Positions 48,001 through 60,940 of a DNA stretch of 64,000 nt are shown piece after piece; the first letter of the stretch is position 1; each line of letters opens with the position of its first letter. The stretch spans positions 2,868,578-2,932,577 of the forward strand of contig CP136572.1 of the NCBI GenBank assembly GCA_035193785.1, read 5' to 3'. The translations under genes and the position numbers were made by a program. The stretch is from Planktothrix sp. GU0601_MAG3 (GTDB lineage Bacteria > Cyanobacteriota > Cyanobacteriia > Cyanobacteriales > Microcoleaceae). Below the pieces are notes generated by a model. The model ran no database searches. It saw nothing but the letters and a program-made list of their open reading frames with translations, and was not told the DNA's origin.

Positions 48001-48708
48001 CTATACTTTTCTGATAATATTGATCAGTTCATTGCCATTATCAAAAATCTTTTCTAAAGTAAAAGGAAACCCGAGTTGGTGTTTTAAGGTGAGCAGAAAG
48101 TCTACAAAGTCGGCATTTGTCCAGACATGAAAATGGATACTAAAATCCCGTCTCATCAATTCTTGAACCATCCATTGTGCTTTAGTTTCATCCGTTTCTT
48201 TTTCTACCAATTCAATCCATTCTTCATAATGATTTTGTCGAGACCATTCCGGGCCCTGTTGATAATCTTTTAATAAATGTTCAATAGAAGTGACCGGGCG
48301 ATCGCAATCAAAACAGGTTCGTTTTTCGGGAACCGCCAAATACAAAATACCGTCTTTTCTAATCACCCGTAATAAATTTTCAATCGTTAGAATCGGGTTT
48401 TGGCAATGTTCAATAAAATGATTGGCAATCAAAAAATCCTGGGTTTCATCCTCAACGGTTCCTAAGAATTCACCATTATCAATAATATCAACAGAAACTA
48501 AATTAACATCTGCCAACTCAGGATAATGTTTTCTTAAATCAGGAACACTCATGCGATCCACATATTTAACTTGAGCAGATTTAGGAACTTCCAAAGGATG
48601 ATTTAATGCCCCGACTTCAATGCCATTTCCCTGTAAATATCGGTCGGCAAAAAAACGGCGAAACATATAAATTGGAGAAAGTGTTTCAGCATCGGCCGTG
48701 AGTGTCAT
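48001..48708 (-). CDS. Class I SAM-dependent methyltransferase
   Basis: GIEVGALNHP and DFLIANHFIEH motifs. Confidence 0.8.
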   Translation of the reverse strand: MTLTADAETLSPIYMFRRFFADRYLQGNGIEVGALNHPLEVPKSAQVKYVDRMSVPDLRKHYPELADVNLVSVDIIDNGEFLGTVEDETQDFLIANHFIEHCQNPILTIENLLRVIRKDGILYLAVPEKRTCFDCDRPVTSIEHLLKDYQQGPEWSRQNHYEEWIELVEKETDETKAQWMVQELMRRDFSIHFHVWTNADFVDFLLTLKHQLGFPFTLEKIFDNGNELINIIRKV

Positions 48709-48937
48709 AATCCAATGTCCTCAGCAGTTCATTCTTAATTAAGGTTCAACTTTCAGTCAATTCATAACCGAAATAGTTAACCCTTTAGAGTATAATCCTA
48801 AATTGAGTTGAAAATTCATTCAATTTTGTTCAGTTCCTGCGGTGCGGAGTCGTCTTGATTTGGGCAGGCGGAAAATTGAACGAATGGAGAATCATAACCG
48901 TTGATGATTCAACTCTCAATCTGGAGGCATATCACCG

Positions 48938-50525
48938 TTGATTCAACAAGCAAGGACAATTGATTCAAAACCGATCACCGCGCCCCAGTTTATTATTCTT
49001 GGGGTACAAAAAGGAGGAAACCAATTCCCTCTATCAGTATCTATGTCAACACCCTCAAATTGCAGCCGCAACCCAAAAAGAAATCCATTTTTTTACTCTC
49101 AATTATCAGCAGGGTTTAGAGTGGTATAAATCCCAATTTTCCCCAGAAGCCGATGGCAAAAACTTGCTGACAGGGGAAGGTTCTCCCTATTATTTTTTCC
49201 ATCCCTTAGTACCCCAACGACTTTATGAATCTTTTCCTGAAACTCGGTTTATTGTATTATTGAGAAATCCGGTAGATCGGGCGATTTCCCATTATTATTG
49301 GGAAGTAAAACTTGGCTATGAATCTCTATCTTTGCAAGATGCGATCGCCCAAGAACCTCAAAGGATGCAAGGAGAAGCCGAAAAAATAGGTGCAGATCCG
49401 ACTTATTTTAGTTTTAACCATCAACATTATTCCTACCTTTCCAGGGGAATTTATATCGATCAACTGCAAAGATGGATGAAGTTCTTCCCTCGGGAACAAT
49501 TTTTGATTCTTAGGAGTGAAGATTTATATGTAGACTCTAAAACCGTAGTTAATCAAGTTTTTGATTTTTTAGGAGTACCGAATTATCAATTATCGAGTTA
49601 TGATAAATACAATGTTAATAGTTATCCCAATATTGACCCCATTATTCGTCGGCAGTTACAAGATTATTTTCAGCCTTTCAATCAAAAATTAACGCAGTTT
49701 CTCGGCTGCGACTGGAGTTGGGAAATTCCCGAAATTCCCTCTAAGTCAACGCCTGAATTAACAGAATTATCCGAAAATACCCATTCTCAATCCATCTCAA
49801 ACTCAGTTAAAATTATGAAAAAAGTTGATTATGAATCCGCCTGGGATGACTATGCTAGAAATTGGCAAAGTGTAGGATCTGAAGAAGTTTATAGGGGAGA
49901 TGAATGGATCGGATTTGCCGCCGGTGCCGCGACTTCTTTGGCTGAATATGAAGCCCTAATTGAAAACCAATTTATTGCCCCTTATATTCAGAAGCACCAT
50001 CAGGTTTTAGAAATTGGTGTGGGGGGAGGAAAAACGGCGGCTTTGCTGCTGAAATATTGCGATCGCCTAGTCTGTGCTGATATTTCCAAAGAACTCCTAA
50101 ATGCCACCCACAAACGTTTGGGAGATGAACGGGTTAGATATGTTAAATTGGATGGTTTAACTTTAGATGGAATTGCGCCTCAATCCCTAGATGTTTGTTT
50201 TTGTTATGATACCCTGGTACATATTGAACCCTGGGATATCTTTAACTATTTAACCCGAATTCCAGCTTTATTAAAAGGCGATCGCCTCTGTATTTTTCAC
50301 CATACCAATCTATTAAGTGAATTGGGCTGGCAAAAATTTGTCCAGGATTGGGATAAAAACCTATTAGGAAACCGACATGGAACCGCTTTTTCCTTAATGA
50401 CCGATACCATTATGGAGAAATTTTTAACCCATCTTAACTATAAAATTATCCGAAAAGATAGTGAGTCTGTACCCAGAGATTGCGTTTGGGTTTGTCAAGC
50501 ACCCGAAGTGATCAGTGATCAGTGA
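48938..50525 (+). CDS. Sulfotransferase-methyltransferase fusion, ~528 aa after repair
   Basis: Repair at GAAAC 49017 restores the PAPS-binding GVQKGGTNSL; LLRNPVDRAISHY; C-terminal VLEIGVGGG. Confidence 0.85.
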
Positions 50526-50613
50526 TCAGTTATCAGTTATCAGTTATCAGTGATCAGTTTAAGAGTTATCAGTTTAAGAGCTAACATTCCCTATTCCCTG
50601 TTCCGGTGTTCCT

Positions 50614-51874
50614 ATGAAAGCATTATTTTTACATCCTAACTTTCCCGCCCAATATCGCCACGTTATTACAACATTAGGTGCAGATCCCAATAATCAAATT
50701 GTATTTGGGACAAAAAATGAACGTCCCGAATGGAGTATCCCCGGAGTTGAAAAAGCCCTATTTAATCCTAGTCGAGAAGCGAGTGCAGACACCCATCAAT
50801 ATGTCCGGGTTTTAGAAGGTGCAGTCTTACAAGGACAAGCCGTATTTAGAATGGCTGAACAACTCAAAGCCAAAGGATTTGTCCCCGATGTAATTTGTGG
50901 TCATTCCGGTTGGGGGCCGACTTTATTTGTCAAGGAAGCCTTTCCGAATACTCCATTATTATGTTATTTCGAGTGGTTTTATCATGCAGAAGGTTCCGAT
51001 GCTGACTTCGATCCAGCCGATCCCTTAAGCATTGATGATAAAGCTCGAATTCGGGTAAAAAACACCCCAATTTTAATTGATTTATATTCCTGTGATTGGG
51101 GACTTTCACCCACCCATTGGCAACAATCCCAATTTCCCCCGGAACTGCGTCAAAAAATTTCTGTCCTGCACGACGGAGTAGATACCAGTTATTTTAAACC
51201 CAATCCCGGGGCTAAATTAGTTTTACCAGATTTGGATTTATCCGGTGTAGAGGAAACTGGTGACCTATGTAGGACGAGGAATGGAACCCTATCGGGGCTT
51301 TCCTGAATTCATAGAAGCCGTGGCCTATATTCAGGAACGTAGACCCAAATGCCATGTTGTAGTTGTGGGATCGGAACGAGTTTGTTATGGTAAACCTTTA
51401 CCAAACGGCATGAGCTATAAGGACTATATGCTCAAGAAAGTCCCCTTGGATCTTTCCCGGATTCATTTCGTTGGGCCTTTGGCCTACGGCCAATATCTGC
51501 AAGTGATTCAGGCTTCAGATGTTCATATTTATTTAACACGGCCTTTTGTTTTATCCTGGTCAATGATTGAATCCATGTCAACCGGTTGTTTAGTCCTGGG
51601 TTCAGATACCGCCCCCGTGCGGGAAGTGATTCAAGATGGGGTAAACGGCTTACTGGTGGACTTTTTCTCTCCCAAACAGATTGCAGATCGGGTTGATGAA
51701 GTTCTGGATCATCCTGATCGTATGGCTCAATTGCGAGTTAAAGCGCGGGAAACAGCCTTAGAACGTTATGATCTGAGTAAACTCCTCTCGAAACATCTAC
51801 AACTGATTACCCAAGTCGCCAACCGTTCACTCCCCGCCACTGTTGGCCGGGTTGAGTCAGGGATGGTTGTGTGA
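50614..51874 (+). CDS. GT4 glycosyltransferase, ~419 aa after repair
   Basis: HPNFPAQY, GHSGWG, RGMEPYRG and PFVLSWSMIESM motifs; repair at GAAAC 51253. Confidence 0.9.
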
Positions 51875-52250
51875 TATGGCGGGAACTTGATCGGAGTTCC
51901 GTTCGTCTACAGGAGAGATCTTTTGATTAGAAGATAATTAATGGTTAATGAGGAACATTGTTGGCTATAAACCCGTCTGATGGAGGTAAGGAAGTCAACA
52001 TAAACTGCCTTTTATGAGTTAAGAGTGATGGCTTCAAGACAAATTGAAGATGAAAATTTTCAATACATAATTGATAATAAAATCCAGCCATCGAAACCGC
52101 CATATCTATCAACTAGACAAGAATGATCACAAAGGACTAGACTTGCTGGAGATAAACAGGTTAAACTACTGCCGAACAAGTTATGGTGTTTGAAGCAGTG
52201 TCTGTCATCCCAACAGAGCTAATGACATTATTGCAGAGGAGTGAAATCAA

Positions 52251-54245
52251 ATGGTAACAGCTTTAGGCTTAGGGCCACAGTTTTACGATCAGGATGTGGG
52301 CTTCGCCCCCAGACCCGATACCATTCTGGGTGAGGGAGGAAATGACACAATTCTTTCTTCTACCCTAGGTGGAAGTCAGGTACAAGGTAATGAGGGTAAT
52401 GACATCCTAACCTCCAGAGGTGCTGGGGATGCCATGTATGGTGGCGAGGGCAATGATTCCATCCGGTCTCAACAGCTTCGCACCTTTGTTAATGGTAATG
52501 AAGGTCGGGATACCCTGTCGGCAGATTTACCCGCCAGCCTGTATGGGGGCCAAGACGGAGATTTTATCATAGTTCAGGCTGCTGGTAACTACATCTTTGC
52601 TAATAGAGACGAAGATACTTTGCTCGGAGGTATTCAAGGTGGAGACTTCCTCTATGGAGGTGAAGGTAATGACCACATTGGGTTTGTAGGCACCAATGGT
52701 CAAAGTAACCTCACGGGGGTTGCAGTGAGTGGGGCTATCGGTGGCCTGAACCAAGGGAACAACTATGTCTCTGGGGATAAAGGCATAGATATTATTGTAG
52801 GGGTTAACACTGGAGATACCCTCCTCGGTGGTCCGGATAACGACTCCATCGTTGGTGTAGGAAGCCTGAACGTCCTAGATGGTGGTAGTGGGAATGACAC
52901 CCTAAGAATCCAAAACTCCGTCGCCACCCAACAATTCTCGACCAATTTGGCGGTTGTTGGTGTCAGCCAAACTACCCTAGTGGGTGGGGCCGGTGACGAT
53001 TCTCTCTACGGTGGTGTGGGTCGCTTTGGAGAAGGCCAGAACTACCTTGAAGGTGGAGAAGGCAACGATACAATCCGAGGCTTTGCCCTTCAAGATGCCC
53101 TGTATGGTGGTGAAGGCAATGACTTGATCGTCACAGCCAATCCTAATGTTCTGACCATTCAGGGTAGTACCAGTCAACCGGGCTTTGCTGGCGAAAGCAC
53201 CCTGTACGGTGGCGATGGCAATGATACCTTAGTGGCAGGTTTCAGCACTGATTTCCTCTATGGCGATGCCGGGAATGACAGCCTGAGTGGAAAATTCTCC
53301 CTCTTAGAGGGTGGGGATGGAAATGATACCCTCTATGGAGGAAATTGGACATTAGAGATCCCCGGAGCCACTCAAGTTCCGACTGTCACCTTATCCGGTG
53401 GTAGTGGCAATGACTATCTCCACGGTGCTTTCGGGTCGGTGGCTAATCTTTATAATGGTGGTCTTGGTGATGACACCATTGTCTTTACCACAACTAACGA
53501 TAGCCTACTAGGTGAAAGTTCCCCAGAGGGTAATGACAAAATTTCCTTCGTGACTCGTTTAGCACGTGGAGAGGCCGGAGTTAGCTTTGTCTTGTTTGAT
53601 ACCCTCGGCAACAATACTATTTCCGGTAGTGATGGCAATGATAGCGTTGTTACGGGTAGTGGGGCTGACTTCCTGCAAGGGGGCAGCGTTGCAGCGGCGG
53701 CGACATTCGATGTTGGTTTCGGGGATGACACCCTGACCGCCGGTGGCGGAAATGACTACCTGTTTGGCGGTTCAGGCAGTGATGTCCTGTTCGGCGAAGC
53801 GGGTGATGACACCCTGCAAGGTGGTACTGAACGGGATACATTAGTCGGCGGTGAAGATGCCGATGTCTTCCTGTATCAGTTCAAATCCGATCTTAGCGGT
53901 ACAATTGCTGACATCATTACGGACTTCAACCCGGCTGAAGATAAACTATTCTTCTCCCGTGGGCCTGGAGGCTTTGCCTTTGAATTGCGTCCAGGTGTTC
54001 CGACCACTGAAATTTCCTTCGAGCAATTTATTGTTCTCGATAAGAACAGTTACAATGGCGCCAGTGCAAATACTCAAGCCCCAACCAATGTCGGCCCTGT
54101 GTTAGTGTACGAAAAATCCAGTGGAGTCTTATGGTATGACTCCGATGGTGGTGGCTCTAACCCAGCCGATATCGTTGCATTCATGGCACGACCCAACAAT
54201 ACAATTCCAACTCTAACCCGAACTGATATTGTGATCGTTCTCTAG
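52251..54245 (+). CDS. RTX (hemolysin-type Ca-binding) surface protein, 664 aa
   Basis: GGxGNDxL repeats throughout; no Sec signal; C-terminal LWYDSDGGG; RBS GAGGAG. Confidence 0.9.
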   Translation: MVTALGLGPQFYDQDVGFAPRPDTILGEGGNDTILSSTLGGSQVQGNEGNDILTSRGAGDAMYGGEGNDSIRSQQLRTFVNGNEGRDTLSADLPASLYGGQDGDFIIVQAAGNYIFANRDEDTLLGGIQGGDFLYGGEGNDHIGFVGTNGQSNLTGVAVSGAIGGLNQGNNYVSGDKGIDIIVGVNTGDTLLGGPDNDSIVGVGSLNVLDGGSGNDTLRIQNSVATQQFSTNLAVVGVSQTTLVGGAGDDSLYGGVGRFGEGQNYLEGGEGNDTIRGFALQDALYGGEGNDLIVTANPNVLTIQGSTSQPGFAGESTLYGGDGNDTLVAGFSTDFLYGDAGNDSLSGKFSLLEGGDGNDTLYGGNWTLEIPGATQVPTVTLSGGSGNDYLHGAFGSVANLYNGGLGDDTIVFTTTNDSLLGESSPEGNDKISFVTRLARGEAGVSFVLFDTLGNNTISGSDGNDSVVTGSGADFLQGGSVAAAATFDVGFGDDTLTAGGGNDYLFGGSGSDVLFGEAGDDTLQGGTERDTLVGGEDADVFLYQFKSDLSGTIADIITDFNPAEDKLFFSRGPGGFAFELRPGVPTTEISFEQFIVLDKNSYNGASANTQAPTNVGPVLVYEKSSGVLWYDSDGGGSNPADIVAFMARPNNTIPTLTRTDIVIVL

Positions 54246-54311
54246 GTTGAGTTGACACCAGAAGGAGGAATATTTCTCCTTTGTCGGGATTTCAATAGGT
54301 TCAAATACAAC

Positions 54312-54346
54312 AAAAAGACCGGGAAATTATTTCTCGGTCTTTTTTT
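54312..54346. terminator. Probably bidirectional rho-independent terminator
   Basis: AAAAAGACCGGGAAAT-T-ATTTCTCGGTCTTTTTTT between convergent genes. Confidence 0.8.
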
Positions 54347-54383
54347 CTATAGCACTACGCACTAATAAATAAAGACTGATGAC

Positions 54384-55274
54384 CTATACATTGAAATCCG
54401 TTTCTTCCTGTTCCCTCCCATACTTAACTTGTCTGCCAATCAAATTAATAAAACCCGAACCAAAATGCTGAATTTCCAAGAAATTAGCATGGGAAGCCGT
54501 CGGTTTATAAATTTTAAATGTTTTCATAATTCCTAGGGTTGCCGCACTTTCTAGCGGCCCAATAAAACCACAATCTCGATCTAAAAAATAGGGTTGCTCT
54601 GCCCAATATTCCATCTGTTTAGCATTCAAAAAGAAACAACCAGAATGGGGATTTAAAGGGCGTTTAAATGAAACAGCCTGTTCCATCACTTTCCCAATAA
54701 ATTGTGGCTGATCTTGAATATTTTGAAAATTAGCCGTGATGTGGGGTAAAAGATCTCCATCAATATAGGCTTTAATTGCTTTGCTATGGGGGGAAACTTC
54801 ATAACGATTGGGTTGCAATAGACAACTATTTCCGGTGTGACGATTAAACCAATTTAACTTCGTAAAAAACCAAGGATCACGCAAAATCAAATCATCTTCC
54901 AAATAACAATAATAATCATATTTACCCAAATATTCCCGCAAAACTTGATGACATTGAAATCCCAATAACATTGGTTCTACCTGGGTAGAATAATGTTTAC
55001 AAAACCATGAAGGCAAGGGAATTTGCGCCAGTAAATGATAGTCTTGAGTGGTACAAATCACAATATCCACCTGATAATTTTGTTCCTGATTCACAGGAAT
55101 CGTCTGACATTGAGCAATATCAATCATGCACTGGGACTGACTATAAAGTTCCCGCAAAGCAGTTAAAGCAAATACTAACCCCGTAATTCGAGGGCGTGGA
55201 TCTTTACTTAAAGATGCGTGTTTCCCATCTCCATCCGGGTTAAAAAAGTGAGGAATCGTAAATAAAATCCGCAT
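54384..55274 (-). CDS. Conserved protein of the glycan cluster, possibly GT-A-like
   Basis: 296 aa; YDYYCYLEDDL (DxD-like) motif. Confidence 0.55.
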   Translation of the reverse strand: MRILFTIPHFFNPDGDGKHASLSKDPRPRITGLVFALTALRELYSQSQCMIDIAQCQTIPVNQEQNYQVDIVICTTQDYHLLAQIPLPSWFCKHYSTQVEPMLLGFQCHQVLREYLGKYDYYCYLEDDLILRDPWFFTKLNWFNRHTGNSCLLQPNRYEVSPHSKAIKAYIDGDLLPHITANFQNIQDQPQFIGKVMEQAVSFKRPLNPHSGCFFLNAKQMEYWAEQPYFLDRDCGFIGPLESAATLGIMKTFKIYKPTASHANFLEIQHFGSGFINLIGRQVKYGREQEETDFNV

Positions 55275-55310
55275 AATCTATAACTAAACCTTTTAACATT
55301 AATTATCCAA

Positions 55311-55543
55311 TATTCTATAGCGCAAATCATAAGAACCTCAACAAAGCCCAAATCTAATCCGCGCAATCCGCGTAATCCTTAGCACAAATTAGAAGAAACC
55401 CCAACAAAGCCCAAATCTAATCCGTGCAATCCGCGTAATCCTTTAAATCCGTGATCATATATTCTGTAGCACAAATTAGAAGAACCCCAACAAAGCCCAA
55501 ATCTAATCCGTGCAATCCGCGTAATCCTTTAAATCCGTGATCA
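55311..55543. repeat. Three tandem copies of a unit with 9-bp-period AATCCG motifs
   Basis: CAACAAAGCCCAAATCTAATCCGYGCAATCCGCGTAATCCTT occurs three times. Confidence 0.9.
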
Positions 55544-57245
55544 TAATTCTGGGACTCGTTGAAGCAATTCTTGATTTAAACTAGGTAACTGGTCTCGCAT
55601 TTTTAAATACCATTCCCGTCGTTGTTGATAATGTTGGCACAGTAAACGATTACTTTTTACCCAAACATAGGCATTGTTAGCAATTTTTTGCCGAAGGACA
55701 GTATTAACAATTAATTCATTCAAATACATTTCAAACTGTTGAATACTTCGATAAATTAAACCCGTTTCTTCATGAATTACCGATTGTTCATAAACCGTTG
55801 GACTAGCTAAAACCGCTACCCCATGACCCGCACATTCCAAAAACTTCAAATCCGATTTCATCAAATTAACAGGTGTGGGGGTTAAGGGTAATAAACCAAT
55901 ATCACAGGTTTGCAGAATCTGATGATATCTATCATAACTGCAAAAGGGTTCAAATTCTTTATCAGATATTGCCAAATGATCAAAAAAACGTTGATCATGA
56001 ATTACCTTAACCCTAACTAAAGTTTGATGACGAATTAAAATCCGGTTTAAAGCTTCCATAATCGGTTGCCAATCCTGTTCTCGATTTAATGCACCAAAAA
56101 ATAAAGTAACTTTTGGACTAGAATAAATTCGAGGCGGAGGTAAAACCAATAAATGATTTTTAAAGATAGCAACGTGAGGATTAAATTGTTGTAAAAATTC
56201 CCCTAAAGGAGCCGTTGAAGTTTGCACACCATGACAGCCACGATAGCTCAGATAACGATTATCTGCATACTCCTTCCTTCGTAACGGATTATCGTCAATT
56301 TCAGCAATAATTAGATAATCCTGTTTTAACAAATTTCTTAATATTTCCAAGTGATAATCATAGGATAAAATTGTCCGTTGCCAAATAAAAACCTTTTCTT
56401 CTTCGGGTAAAATAGAACCGTTGGGAATCGATTTAGAGGCTGAAAGAGTGCGGGTTCCCGGTATGGTCACACTCAATTGATCCGGTTCCAATACCCGGGG
56501 GCGATCGCATCCTGTAGGAGCCATAATCGCCGTTTGAATCAACAAACGACGGGGAGGTTGTAATGATTTAATCGCCCGCACAATATAAAATTCGGCGGCG
56601 GTTTGAGTTGCAAAACGATTGGGATCTAAACCCAAAGTATTCCTAAGAGGTTTCTACCAATTGCAGAAAATTTTGAAACTGATCATCTTTTTTTCCGCGA
56701 GTTTGAATTTCATAAATATATAATCCAGCTTCCCAGAATATTTTTTGGATTGTTTCTAAAGTTAATCCTTGACAATCAGTATTTTCTTCAACCTCATTTT
56801 CTGATTTTCCTCGTAACAAATTAATAATATTTCGCCAATACTGACGATTAGGAATATAAGCTAAAACCTGACCTTGATCTTTTAACCATCGAGTGTGATA
56901 TTGTAAAACCTTGAGCGGGTTTCTGATTTGGGGTAAAATTCCATCATAAATTAAACAATCTACGGTTTGTTCTTCTAATTCTAACGGGATTGTTTCTAGC
57001 TGATCAATCGAACTCAGAGTAATCTGATCTAAACCTTGAGTTATTTCTGAACTTAACTCAGAATTAATTAAAATTCCCCAATAAAAACTTTGGGGATTAA
57101 TTCGTTTATAATGATAACTTGTACTTCCGTTTAGACAACCGACATCTATCAGGACTTGAGCATTAGGAGGTAAAAAATTCAATAATTCCGAGGGTTTATG
57201 ATGAAAATGATGATCACTGACCTGATCCGTACTATCTCTATTCAT
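55541..57245 (-). CDS. Methyltransferase-like + GT4-like glycosyltransferase fusion, ~567 aa after repair
   Basis: LIDVGC; AEIDD and KSDLKFLEC motifs; joins at GTTTC 56650. Confidence 0.8.
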
Positions 57246-57352
57246 AACCTTGAGTAAAATTAGAGCTATGTTATAAATAACAGGTTTTAGGTCACACTGG
57301 CAAGTTCATTTTTAAATTAAAAATTTTTGAGACGATTTCCACCCTAAATTTT

Positions 57353-59927
57353 ATGGCTAGAGTCAGCGTTATTATTCCAACTTATAACCAAGATCCTTAT
57401 ATTTCAGAAGCAATTGATAGTGTTTTAAATCAAACCTATCAAGATTTTGAAATTGTGATCACCAATGATGGTTCCACGGATCAAACATTACAAATAATTC
57501 AAGAAAAAAAAGATCCTCGAATTCGCTATTTTTCTTTTGATCAGAATCAAGGAGTGAGTATAGCAGCAAATCATTGTATTAATCAGGCGACGGGAGAATT
57601 TATTGCGATTTTGGATTCTGACAATATTTTTTTACCGGATAAACTTGAAAAACAAGTTAATTTTTTAGATGATAACCCCGGATTTGATGCGGCTTTTACC
57701 CATGCGATTATTATTGATAAAAATGGTAATTTTCACCCGGGTAAAGAATCATCATTTCAACAGTTATTTGCTCAAGAAAATAAGAATCGTTTTCAATGGT
57801 TAAATTATTTTTTTTACTCCGATAATTCCCTCTGCAATACCAGCGTTTTAATTAAGAAAAAATGCTATGATCAGGTAGGACTATATGATCCGCGATTACG
57901 TCAAATTCATGATTTAGATTTCTGGATACGTTTATGTCTGAAATCAGAAATTTATATTTTACCCGAACCTTTGGTTTTATTTCGATTTCATGATCGCAAT
58001 ATTAGTGGTATAACGGCGAAAAATATGATTCGACATACTTGGGAAATCCCCCAAGTGCTTGAGCATTATCTTTGTCCAGAGGTTAGCCAAAATTTTCATA
58101 CCATTTTTCCTAAACAGCAACTTATTAAAACTCCCATTACCCCTGATGATCTTCAATTTTTAATTGCAAAACAGGCTTTAAATATTCATCGTCCTAGTCA
58201 TCAATATTTTGGAATTTATACTTTATATCGGTTAATGAATAATCCTGAATCTGCTGCATATATTGAAAAAAAATATTCCTTTAAATATACCGATCTGATT
58301 GATCTTACTGGAACCCATGATATTTTTCAAATTATGAGTCACCGGAAATTAAAGCAAGATCTCGATAAAACCAAAAAACAACTGGAAGCATTACAACAGA
58401 AATTAGACCTATCTAGTGAAACTAAATCTCAACCGCTAGTGAGTATATTAATTCCGACTTATAATGGGGAACAATTCTTATCAAAAGCAATTCAAAGTGG
58501 TTTAGATCAAACCTATTCTAACCTAGAAATTATTATTTCCGATGATGGGTCAACCGATGGGACGGTAAAAATTGCGGAGGATTTTAAAGATAATTGTTCT
58601 ATTCCCTATCGAATTATAACTCATGCTAACTATGGATTAGTCAAAAACCTTAATTTTTCTATTCAGCAAGCTCAAGGAAAATACATAAAATTTATTTTTC
58701 AGGATGATTGGTTAGAAACCTAATTGTATTGAATATATGGTTGATTTAGCAGAACAAGATCCAGAAATAGGGTTAGTTTTTTCCCCCCGTCAAGTCTTGA
58801 TTGACCCTGATTCTAAATCCGATTTAGTTTGTCAATCTGCTTATAATGGGGCGATTAATTTACATCAAAAATGGTCTGATTTAAAACCAATTCAATCAGG
58901 TAAAGATCTTTTGTCCGATCCTAATTGTTTAATCGGAGGATTAAATAAAATTGGAGAACCGACAACGGTATTAATTTCTAAACGAGTTTTTGAAGAATTA
59001 GGAGAATTTGATTCTACACTTCAGCAACTTTTGGATGTTGATATGTGGTTCAGAATTATGGGTCATTATAAAATTGCTTTTGTGAATCAAACTTTATCTT
59101 CTCTCCTGATTCATAAAAAACAACAGACTCAAGTGAATATTGTGCAGAAGGAAAATTATAAAGATTATGAAAGAATTTATTTAAAGCTATTGCAAGATTC
59201 TCGCTATAGTTTTTTGAATCAATCTTTTAAACAGATGGTTTTACAAAAAACTTTGTTTAACTCGCAGTTCTATATCAAGTTAATCACTAATTTACTGAAT
59301 CAATCCCAAGAAAACCCTACGGAGAGAGTCATAGAGTGTCTGCAATTAGTTCGTCAAACCCTAGTTAAATATTGGTTAACTTTAACTCCTGGGGATTTAG
59401 AAACTCGATATTCTGGCGAAATTCGTCCAATTTATCAGCATTTATTGAATAGTCATATTATTGACCAAAAAGCGGGTGAGATTGAACAATCATGGATTGA
59501 ATCAATGGGAAAAAAACTTTCACAAGGGTTGTATTCCTGTGATTTAATTCCTGGATTGATGGGATTTATGTTATATCAAAGAGCTTATGAGCTTGATTAT
59601 ATATACGAAAATGCGCTCATTCCTCAATATTTTTTCCCTGAATTTCTTAGTTGGCTGTTTGCTCCAGTTCAATATTTTCGTTCTTCAGAAGATCGGTTAA
59701 AATATATTAATTTTCAAGAGAATTTATTGGCTTATATTATTCAAAACTTAAATACGGATTCATCTTTTTGTGATTTGTGGATCTATGTCGCCCAGTGTTA
59801 TCTTAGATATTCTCAGTGGGATTTTGGGGGTTTCGCCGAAATTAATCACCAGAGGATTTATGATTACAGAAAAAAAATGATTGATTTTTTAGCATTTAAC
59901 TCAAAGGACAATGTTCTGAACCGGTAG
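57353..59927 (+). CDS. Double GT2 glycosyltransferase, ~857 aa after repair
   Basis: Two VSV/ILIPTYN...DGSTD domains; joins at GAAAC 58715. Confidence 0.88.
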
Positions 59928-60174
59928 CCAGTCCGAATCAACCATAACCATACCAGGGCCTTGCAGCCGAACACCGGAACTTGAAACCATTGATCAGCGT
60001 CAGTTGAGGCAAAAGCAATTTTTTTGAGCGGTTTTCCAGAAGTTGAGGTAATTTAAAGATCACCAATTTTAGGCAAGGAGTAGACGGTCTGTTATTATTT
60101 GGACAATATAGATTGGATATAGTAGTCAATTTAGGACTACCAAGGGTAAATTTGAAAGGGGTAGTGAAAGTTGG

Positions 60175-60940
60175 TTGGAGAGTTCAATGACAGGATTGTT
60201 CAAAGTCGGAGAAACCATTATTACAGCGGAGGATTTGCCATCGCTGCTCAAGCGTTATCAGTTGATGCCATTATTCCTGCGGGAAGTGATTTTGGAGCAA
60301 GCGATCGCTCAGATCACTTGTACAGAAGCAGAACAGGCGGCGGCGGTCGAACGATTTGAGAGTCAACACCAACTCACTTCCCCGGAAGCAAAAGCAGCTT
60401 GGTTAGCAGCCTATGATATGACCCCAGAACAACTTGTGGAAATCGCAGAAACGCCCGGTAAAAGTTGAAAAATTTAAACAAGAAACTTGGAGTGGTCGGG
60501 TCGAGAATTATTTTTTGACTCGTAAAGGTGGTTTAGATCAAGTTGTATATTCTTTAATTCGGACGAAAAATCCTGGCCTAGCTCAAGAACTCTACTTCAG
60601 AATTGCGGAGGGGGAAAATTCCTTTGCTGAGGTAGCTCGGGATCATTCCGAAGGGCCAGAATCTCGATCGGGAGGTGTTTTGGGGCCAGTTCCGGTATCC
60701 CAACCCCACCCGGCAATTAGTAAACTGTTATCGGTGAGTCAACCCGGTCAACTGTGGGCACCGCGCCCCTTAGCGGAATGGTTCGTGATTATTCGGCTGG
60801 AAAAATTCCTTCCCGCCCAGTTAGATGAACCCATGCGTCGCCGTATGATCGAAGAAATGTTTGAAAATTGGCTACGAGAGCAAATGGCTCAAGTCGGCTC
60901 ACTACAACCTGTTCGCACTTCAGTGTCTTCTGTGTCATGA
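60175..60940 (+). CDS. Parvulin-type peptidylprolyl isomerase-like protein linked to type I secretion, ~254 aa after repair
   Basis: SFAEVARDHSEGPESRSGGVLGP motif; joins at GAAAC 60448; stop overlaps the next ATG. Confidence 0.85.
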
